NCBI GenBank assembly: GCA_027923505.1
Contig: BROI01000004.1
Location: 310,001 to 374,000, forward strand
DNA length: 64,000 nucleotides
Direction: 5' to 3'
From: Mayamaea pseudoterrestris
Lineage: Eukaryota
Shown: piece by piece, positions 46,101 through 56,368 of the stretch
Numbering within the stretch: position 1 is the first letter of the stretch
How the letters are laid out: each line of letters begins with the position of its first letter
Notes under the pieces: generated by a model
The model's input: only the letters and a program-made list of their open reading frames with translations
Told to the model about the DNA's origin: nothing
Database searches by the model: none
Position numbers and translations under genes: made by a program

Positions 46101-49100
46101 CCTGAAATCCTTTCCAATTCATGATTGGTGTCATGATGGGCCAATGATTTAGTCAATTGCACCCATTCCAGTCTCCAGCACCATGTATGCCATGGTGAGA
46201 CTCAGTGGATCCAACAACTTGTTGGATCTGCTAGCAGTGCACCTCAAGTGGCACTTCAGACTGCCAGAATGGCCTGACAATTTTGGAATACAATGACTAG
46301 ATTGTGTTTCAGCGATTTGGACTCAAAGGCTTGTCACCTTGGGTGTGAAACCCATCCTTTTGCCATGAGACTCCACACATTCAACCAATGGTTGAATGTG
46401 CCAGCAGTGCACCCTTTTTGGCTACAGAACATCATGTGCGCAGCCTTCTGAGCCCCGAAATCCATTTCAATTCATGTTTGGTGTCATGATGGGCCAATGA
46501 TTTGGTCAGTTGCGCCACCCATTCCAGTCTCCATCACCATGTATGCCATGGTGAGACTCACTTGCAGATCCAACAACTTGTTGGATCTGCTAGCAGTGCA
46601 CCTCAAGTGGCACTTCAGACTGCCAGAATGGCCTGCCAATCTAAGGAATACAAAGAACATCATTTTCTAATTGATTTGGACTCAAAGGCTTGTCACCTTG
46701 GGTGTGGAACCCATCCCTTGGCCATGAGACTCCGCACATTCAACCAATCGTTGAATGTGCCAGCCGTGGCACCCTTTTTTGGCTACACGAACCATCAGCG
46801 CTGCCTTCGAGCCCTCAAATCCTTTTAATTCATGTTTGGTGTCAGGATGGGCCAATGATTTAGTCAGTTGCACCCATTCCAGTCTCCACCACCATGTATG
46901 CCATGGTGAGTCTCAGCTTGCAGATTCAACAACTTGTTGGATCTGCTAGCAGTGCACCTCAAGTGGCACTTCAGACTGCCAGAATGACCTGCCAGTACTG
47001 GAATACAATGCAGCATTGTGTTTCAAGCTGATTTGGACTCAAAGGCTTGTCTCCCTGGGTGAGAAACCCATCCTTTTGCCATGAGACTCCGCACATTCAA
47101 CCAATGGTGGAATGTGCCAGCTCGCACCCTTTTTGGCTACACGAATCATCAGCCTGCTTTGAGCCCCAAATCCTTTCAATTCATGTTTGGTGTCATGATG
47201 GGCCAATGATTTAGGTCAGTTGCACCCCATTCCAGTCTCCACCACCAGGTATGCCATGGTGAGACTAGCTTGGCAGATCCAACAACTTGTTGGGATATGC
47301 TAGCAGTGCACCTCAAGTGGCACTTTAGACTGCCAGAATGGCCTGCCAATACGGAATACAAGAGAACATTGTGTTTCTTTAAGCGATTAGACCGCAAGGG
47401 CTTGTCACCTTGGGTGTGAAACCCATCCCTTTGCCATGAGACTCTGCACATTCAACCAATCATTGAATGTGCCAGCCGTGCACCCTTTTTGGCTACATGA
47501 CCATCATTGTTGCCAGTTGAGCCCTCCAATCCATTTTAATTCATGTTGGGTGTCATGATGGGCCAATGTTTACATCAGTTGCACTGACCCGTTCCAGTCT
47601 CCATCACAATGTATGTCATGGTGAGACTCGGAGGATCCATCAACATGTTGTATCTGTTAGCAGTGCACCTCAAGTGGCACTTCAGACTGCCAGAATAACC
47701 TGCCTGTTCTGGTATACAAGAATCATTTGTTTTTCAAGTGAATAGAGTGCAAAGGCTTGTCATCTTGGGTGTGAAATCCATCTATTTGCCATAGACTCCG
47801 CACATTCAACAAATGGTTGAATGTGCCAGCCGTGCACCCTTTTTGGCTACACGAACCATCACTGTTGCCAGTTGAGCCCTGCGATCCATTTTAATTCATG
47901 TTGGGTGTCATGATGGGCCAATGCTTAAGTCCGTTGCACTGACCCGTTCCAGTCTCCATCACCATGTATGTCATGGTGAGAACTTAGAAGTTCCAACATC
48001 ATGTTGGATCAGCTAGCACTGCACCTCAAGTGGCACTTCAGACTACCAGAATAACATGCCAGTTCTGGAATACAAAGAACATACATTTTTTAAGTGATTA
48101 GAGCGCAAAGGTTTGTCACCATGGGCGTGAAACCCATCCCTTTGCCATGAGACTCCGCACATTCAACCAATCATTGAATGTGCCAGCCCTGCACCCTTTT
48201 TGGCTACATGACCATCATTGTTGCCAGTTGAGCCCTCCAATCCATTTTAATTCATGTTGGGTGTCATGATGGGCCAATGCTTGGGTCAGTTACAACCACC
48301 CATTCCAGTCTCCATCACCATGTATGTCATGGTGAGAACTTGGCAGGTCCAACAACTTGTTGGATTTGTCAGCAGTGCCCCTCAAGTGGCACTTCAGACT
48401 GCCAGAATAACCTGCCATTTCTGGAATACAAAGAACATACATTTTCTAAGTGATTAGAGCGCAAAGGCTTGTCACCTTGGGTGTGAAACCCATCCCTTTG
48501 CCATGAGACTCCGCACATTCAACCAATCATTGAATGTGCCAGCCGTGCACCCTTTTTGGCTGCACGAACCATCATTGTTGCCAGTTGAGCCCTCCAATCC
48601 ATTTTAATTCATGTTGGGTGTCAGGATGGGCCAATATTTAGGTCAGTTGCACCCACTCGTTCCAGTCTTTACCACCATGTATGTCATGGTGAGACTTGGC
48701 AGATCAAACAACATGTTGGAACTGCTAGCAGTGCACCTCAAGTGGCACTTCAGACTGCCAGAATAACCTGCCAGTTCTGGAATACAAAGAACATTTTCTA
48801 AGTGATTGGAGCACAAAGGCTTGTCACCTTGGGTGTGAAACCCATCCCTTTGCCATGAGACTCCGCACATTCAACCAATCATTGAATGTGCCAGCAGTGC
48901 ACCCTTTTTTGGCTACAGGAATCATCAGTGTTGCCCGTGGAGCCCACCAATCCATTTCAATTCATGTTTGGTGTCATGATGGGCTATTGCATTGGTCAGT
49001 TGCACCCATTCCAATCTCCACCACCATGTATGACATGGTGAGACTCTGCATATCCAACAACTTGTTAAATCTGCCAGCACTGCACCTCAAGTGGCACTTC

Positions 49101-52100
49101 CGACTACCAGAATGGCCTGCCAATTCTGGAATACAAAAAACCTTATGTTTTATAATGGATTAGGATGCAAAGGCGTGTCACTTGGGGTGTGGAACCCATT
49201 CCTTTGCCATGAGACTCCGCACATTCAACAAATGGTTGAATGTGCCAGTGGTGCACCCTTTTTGGCTACAGGATTCATCAGTGTTGCCCGCGGAGCCCAC
49301 CAATCCATTTCATTTCATGTTAGGTGTCATGATGGGCCAATGATTAAGTCAGTTGCACCCACCGTTCCAGTCTCCATCACCATGTATGCCATGGTGAGAC
49401 TTAGCGGATCCAACAACTTGTTGGATCTGCTAGCAGTGCACCTCAAGTGGCACTTCAGACTGCCAGAATGGCCTGCCAATCCTGGAATACAAAGCTCATT
49501 GTGTTTCAATCTGATTTGGACGCAAAGGCTTGTCACCTTGGGTGTGAAACCCATCACTTGGCCATGAGACTCCGCACATTCAACCATTGAATGTGCCAGC
49601 CACCCTTTTTTGGCTGCCAGGACCATCAGCGCTGCCTTCTGAGCCCCTGAAATCCTCAATTCATGTTTGGGTCATGATGGGCCAATGATTTAGTCCGTTG
49701 CACTCCATTCCAGTCTCCACCACCATGTATGCCATGGTGAGAACTCAGCTTGGCAGATCAACAACTTGTTGGATCTGCTAGCAGTGAACCTCAAGTGGCA
49801 CTTTAGACTGCCAGAATGGCCTGCCAGTTCTGGAATACAATGAATCATTTGTTTTTCAAGTGATTAGACTCAAAGGCTTGTCACCTTGGGTGTGGAACCC
49901 ATCCATTTGCCATGAGACTCCGCACATTCAGCAAATGGTTGAATGTGCCAGCCGTGCACCCTTTTTGGCTACACGAACCATCATCATGCGCTGCTTGAGC
50001 CCTGCCAATCCTTTCCATTTCATGTTTGGTGTCATGATGGGCCAATGATTTGGTCAGTTACACCCATTCCAGTCTCCAACACCACGTATGCCATGGTGAG
50101 ACTCAGCTTGCAGATTCAACAACTTGTTGGATCTGCTAGCAGTGCACCTCAAGCGGCACTTCCGACTGCCAGAACGGCCTGCCAATTCTGGAATACAAAG
50201 AACATTATGTTACAAATTCAAAAGGACTCAAAGGCTTGTCACCTTGGGTGTGAAACCCATCCTTTTGCCATGAGACTCCGCACATTCAACCTATGGTTGA
50301 TTGTGCCAGCAGTGCACCCTTTTTGGCTACAGGAATCATCAGCGCTGCCTTCTGAGCCCTGAAATCCTTTCTGATTCATTTTGTTGGTGTCATGATGGGC
50401 CAATGATTTGGTCAGTTGCACCCATTCCAGTCTCCACCACCACGTATGTCATGGTGAGACTCGGAGGATCCATCAACATGTTGTATCTGTTAGCAGTGCA
50501 CCTCAAGTGGCACTTCAGACTGCCAGAATAACCTGCCTGTTCTGGTATACAAGAATCATTTGTTTTTCAAGTGAATAGAGTGCAAAGGCTTGTCATCTTG
50601 GGTGTGAAATCCATCTATTTGCCATAGACTCCGCACATTCAACAAATGGTTGAATGTGCCAGCCGTGCACCCTTTTTGGCTACACGAACCATCACTGTTG
50701 CCATTTGAGCCCTGCGATCCATTTTAATTCATGTTGGGTGTCATGATGGGCCAATGCTTAAGTCCCTTGCACTGACCCGTTCCAGTCTCCATCACCATGT
50801 ATGTCATGGTGAGAACTTGGCAGATCCAACAACATGTTGGATCTGCTAGCAGTGCACCTCAAGTGGCACTTCAGACTACCAGAATAACATGCCAGTTCTG
50901 GAATACAAAGAACATACATTTTTTAAGTGATTAGAGCACAAAGGTTTGTCACCTTTTTGTGAACCCATCCCTTTGCCATGAGACTCCGCACATTCAACCA
51001 ATCATTGAATGTGCCAGCTGTGCACCCTTTTTGGCTACACGAACCATCATTGTTGCCAGTTGAGCCCTCCAATCCATTTCAGTTCATGTTGGGCGTCATG
51101 ATGGGCCAATGCTTATGTCCGTTGTATAACCCGTTCCAGTCTCCATCACCATGTATATCATGGTGAGAACTTGGCAGATCCAACAACATGTTGGAACTGC
51201 TAGCAGTGCACCTCAAGTGGCACTTCAGACTGCCAGAATAACCTGCCAGTTCTGGAATACAAAGCAAATACATTTTCTAAGTGATTGGAGCACAAAGGCT
51301 TGTCACCTTGGGTGTGAAACCCATCCCTTTGAAATGAGACTCCGCACATTCAACCAATCATTGAATGTGCCAACCGTGCACCCTTTTTGGCTACACGAAC
51401 CACCATTGTTGACTGTTGAGCCCCCCAATCCATTTCAATTCATGTTTGGTGTTATGATGGGCCAATATTTAGGTCAGTTGCACTGACCCGTTCCAGTCTC
51501 CATCACCATGTATGTCATGGTGAGAACTTGGCAGATCCAACAATATGTGGGATCTGCTAGCAGCGCACCGCAAGTGGCAATCTAGACTGCCAGAATAACA
51601 TGCCAGATCTGGAATACAAAGAACATACACTTTTTAAGTGATTAGAGCGCAAAGGTTTGTCACCTTGGGTGTGAACCCATCCCTTTGCCATGAGACTCCG
51701 CACATTCAACCAATCATTGAATGTGCCAGCCATGCACCCTTTTTGGCTACACAAACCATCATTGTTGCCTGTTGAGCCCCCCAATCCATTTCCATTAATA
51801 TTGGGTGTCATGATGGGCCAATACTTGAGTCGGTTGCACCCACCCGTTCCAGTCTTTACCACCATGTATATCATGGTGAGACCCGGAGGCTCCAAAAACT
51901 TGTTGGATCTGCTAGCAGCACACCTCAAGTGGAACTTCAGACTTCCAGAATAACCTGCCAGTTCTGGAATACAAAGCAAATACATTTTCTAAGTGATAAG
52001 AGCGCAAAGGCTTGTCACCTTGGGTGTGAAACCCATCCCATTGCCATGAGACTCCGCACATTCAACCAATCATTGAATGTGCCAGCCGTGCACCCTTTTT

Positions 52101-55100
52101 GGCTGCACGAACCATCATTGTTGCCAGTTGAGCTCTCCAATCCATTTCAGTTCATGTTGGGTGTCATGATGGCCAATGCTTAAGTCAGTTGCACTGACCC
52201 GTTCCAGTCTCCATCACCATGTATATCATGGTGAGAACTTGGCAGATCCAACAACATGTTGGATCTGCTAGCAGTGCACCTCAAGTGGCACTTCAGACTG
52301 CCAGAATAACCTGCCAGTTCTGGCATACAAAGCAAATACATATTCTAAGTGATTAGAGCGCAAAGGCTTGTCACCTTGGGTGTGGAACCCATCCCTTTGC
52401 CATGAGACTCCGCGCATTTAACCAATCATTGACAGTGAATGTGCCAGCCGTGCACCCTTTTTGGCTACACAAACCATCATTGTTGCCTGTTGAGCCCCCC
52501 AATCCATTTCAATTCATGTTTGATGTCAGGATGGGCCAATATTTAGGTCAGTTGCACCCACCCGTTCCAGTCTTTACCACCATGTATGTCATGGTGAGAC
52601 TTGGCAGATCCAACAACTTGTTGGATCTGTAGCAGCGCACCTCAAGTGGCAATCTAGACTGCGAGAATGGCCTGCCATTTCTGGAATACAAAGAACATAC
52701 ATTTTCCAAGTGATTAGAGCGCAAAGGCTTGTCACCTTGGGTGTGAAATCCATCTATATGCCATGAGACTCCGCACATTCAACCAATCATTGAATGTGCC
52801 AGCCATGCACCCTTTTTGGCTACACGAACCATCATTGTTGCCAGTTGAGCCCTCCAATCAATTTTAATTCATGTTGAATGTCATGATGGGCCAATGCTTA
52901 AATCCGTTGCACTGACCCATTCCATTCTCCATCACCAAGTATGTCATGATGAGAACTTGGCAGATCCAACAACATGTTGGATTTGCTAGCAGTGCACCTC
53001 AATTGGACTACAGACTGTTAGAATATCCTGCCAGTTCTGGAATACAAAGAACATACATTTTCTAAGTGATTAGAGCGCAAAGGCTTGTCACCTTGGGTGT
53101 GAAACCCATCCCTTTGCCATGAGACTCCGCACATTCAACCAATCATTGAATGTGCCAGCCGTGCACCCTTTTTGGCTACACAAACCATCAGTTTTGCCAC
53201 TTGAGCCCTTTAATCCATTTTAATTTATGTTCGGTGTCATGATGGGCCAACACTGGGGTCAGTTGCACCCACCCGTTCCAGTCTTTACCACCATGGATGT
53301 CATGGTATGGCTCCCTGGATCCAACAACTTGTTGGATCTGCTAGCAGCGCACCTCAAGTGGCAGTCTAGACTGCCAGAATGGCCTGCCAATTCTGGAATA
53401 CAAAAAAATACATTTTCTAAGTGATTGGAGCACAAAGGCTTGTCACCTTGGGTGTGAAACCCATCCCTTTGCCATGAGACTCCGCACATTCAACCAATCA
53501 TTGAATGTGCCAGCCGTGCACCCTTTTTGGCTACACGAACCATCATTGTTGCCTGTTGAGCCCCCCAATCCATTTCCATTCATGTTGGGTGTCATGATGG
53601 GCCAATGCTTAAGTCAGTTGCACTGACCTGTTCCAGTCTCCATCACCATGTATGTCATGGTGAGAACGTGGCAGATCCAAGAACATGTTGGATCTGCTAG
53701 CAGTGCACCTCAAGTGGCACTTCAGACTGCAAGAATGGCCTAACAATTCTGGAATACAAAGCCAACACATTTTCTAAGTGAATAATATGCGAAGGCTTGT
53801 CACCTTGGGTGTGAAACCCATCCCTTTGCCATGAGACTCCGCACATATAATCAATCATTGAATGTGCCAGCTGTGCACCCTTTTTGGCTACACAAACCAT
53901 CATGGTTGCCAGTTGAGCCCTCCAATCCATTTTAATTCATGTTGGGTGTCATGATGGGCCAATAGTGGGGTCAGTTGCACCCAACCATTCCAGTCTTTAC
54001 CACCATGTATGTCATGGTGAGAACTTGGCAGATCCAACAACATGTTGGATCTGCTAGCAGTGCACCTCAAGTGGAACTTCAGACTTCCAGAATAACCTGC
54101 CAGTTCTGGAATACAAAGCAAATACATTTTCTAAGTGATAAGAGCGCAAAGGCTTGTATTTTGGGTGTGAATCCCATCCCTTTGCCAAGAGACTCCGCAC
54201 ATTCAACCAATCATTGAATGTGCCAGCCGTGCACCCTTTTTGGCTACACAAACCATCAGTTTTGCCAGTTGAGCCCTCCAATCCATTTTCATTTATGTTG
54301 GGTGTCATGATGGGCGAATACTGGGGCCAGTTGCACCCACACATTCCAGTCTTTACCACCATGTATGTCATGGTGAGAACTTGGCAGATCCAACAACATG
54401 TTGGATCTGCTAGCAGTGCACCTCAAGTGGCAATCTAGAATGCCAGAATGGCCCGACAATTCTGGAATACAAAGGAAATACATTTCTAAGTGAATAGAGC
54501 GCAAAGGTTTGTCACCTTGGGTGTGAATCCCATCCCTTTGCCATGAGACTCCGCACATTCAACCAATCATTGAATGTGCCAGTCGTGCAACCTTTTTGGC
54601 TACACGAACCATCATTGTTGCCTGTTGAGCCCCCCAATCCATTTCCATTCATATTGGGTGTCATGATGGGCCAATGCTTAAGTCAGTTGCACTGACCCGT
54701 TCCAGTCTCCATCACCATGTATGTCATGGTGAGAACTTGGCAGATCCAAGAACATGTTGGATCTGCTAGCAGCGCACCTCAAGTGGCACTTCCCAGACTA
54801 CCAGAATAACATGCCAGTTATGGTTACAAAGAACATACATTTTTTAAGTGATTAATACGCAAAGGTTTGTCACCATGGGCGTGAAACCCATCCCTTTGCC
54901 ATGAGACTCCGCACATTCAACCAATCATTGAATGTGCCAGCCGTGCACCCTTTTTGGCTACACGAACCATCATTGTTGCCTGTTGTGCCCCCCAATCCAT
55001 TTCCATTCATATTGGGTGTCATGATGCGCCAATGCTTAAGTCAGTTGCACTGACCCGTTCCAGTCTCCATCACCATGTATGTCATGGTGAGAACTTGGCA

Positions 55101-55500
55101 GATCCAAGAACATGTTGGATCTGCTAGCAGCGCACCTCAAGTGGCACTCCAGACTGCCAGAATAACCTGCCAGCTCTGGAATACAAAGAACAAACATTTT
55201 TCAAGTGATTAATACGCGAAGGCTTGTCATCTTGGGTGTGAAACCCATCTCTTTGCCATGAGACTCCGCACATTCAACCAATCATTGAATGTGCCAGCCG
55301 TGCACCCTTTTTGGCTACACGAACCATCATTGTTGCCTGTTGTGCCCCCCAATCCATTTCAATTCATGTTTGGTGTCATGATGCGCCAATGCTTAAGTCA
55401 GTTGCACCCAACCAATCCAGTCTCCCCCACCATGTATGTCATGGTGAGACTCGGCAGATCCAACATCTTGGGGGATCTGCTAGCAGCGCACCTCAAGTAG
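28160..55500. repeat. Tandem satellite array, ~356-bp monomer, ~75-80 copies, single orientation; candidate centromere
   Basis: The anchor CATGAGACTCCGCACATTCAACC recurs every ~355-358 bp (e.g. 33686, 34041, 34398, 34748). The region contains no genes. Confidence 0.98.
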
Positions 55501-55559
55501 CAATTTAATATGCAAAAATGGAATGAAGACACCAGAATATATGAGGATGGTGTTAAATG

Positions 55560-55890
55560 CTTATTAAGGCTGCCCTACAAATGGAATGCCTGGCTGGTGC
55601 CATATGATGCTGTGCCATAGGTGATAACATCTCATCGGTCCCAGCCAGCAGCATCCATGACTTTCAACGGCCCATTCTCAGAGTCGTGTCCATTACTAAT
55701 AGACACCAGGATGTCCTTATCCCGGCTGCCCTACAAGATTAAAAGCCTTGCTATTGCCTCATGATGCATTTTCATTGGTTTTTAACTACTCACCAGTCCC
55801 AGCCAGCAGCAGCCTTGACTTTCAACAGCCCAATCTCATAGCCCATGTCCATGAACAAACAACCTAATTCAGGCTGCTCTACAAGATTAA
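55560..55890. repeat. Degenerate ~150-bp tandem repeat (2+ copies), right flank of the satellite array
   Basis: GGCTGC(C/T)CTACAA at 55568, 55724 and 55872 (periods 156 and 148). GTCCCAGCCAGCAGCA..TGACTTTCAAC.GCCCA occurs twice. Confidence 0.8.
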
Positions 55891-56368
55891 AGTTATGTGT
55901 TACGCTTTTGGTTGGTATTTGAGATTTCCTTCTCTTTTATTCATCAAATGATCTATTTATAGACATCCACAGCTTTGATAGAGATATAATAGCTAGAATA
56001 CTCCATTTCCATCAGACGTTGTACTGCTATGTGTCAGCCCAATTGCTTCCCTATTGGATGAGTAAAAAGGCAGGATATATGGAGATGTGTCAATTTGGAT
56101 CTTTGATGCCATTCAAATGAAGGCGTGCAATGCAGTATGGTCCTTCCTTGGAGCCACCGGCTTACGATGGATGCCTCCTTTGCGCATCAACTATGCGAGA
56201 CTATGATATTTCATTATAGAACAAAGCTACAAATATTTGTGTCTTTGAGTTGGTCAACCTTGGCCTTCTCGCAACATCTTTTTAAGGGGATGCGCGACAA
56301 AAAATCTCAAAAACGTTGGTGTGTCTTCCGTGTCTTCCGATACCTACGACATATAATCGATCAAAAGA

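Noticed and set aside
28160..55500. CRISPR array or repeat-spacer system
   Set aside because: There are no unique spacers: the variable segments are homologous alleles of the same monomer positions. No cas-like genes are present and the context is eukaryotic.
28283..55508. Many 60-260 aa ORFs in the array (MRLRTFNQSLNVPAVHPFW... etc.)
   Set aside because: They are translations of the satellite in several frames on both strands. Stops and indels vary freely between copies, so no frame is conserved.
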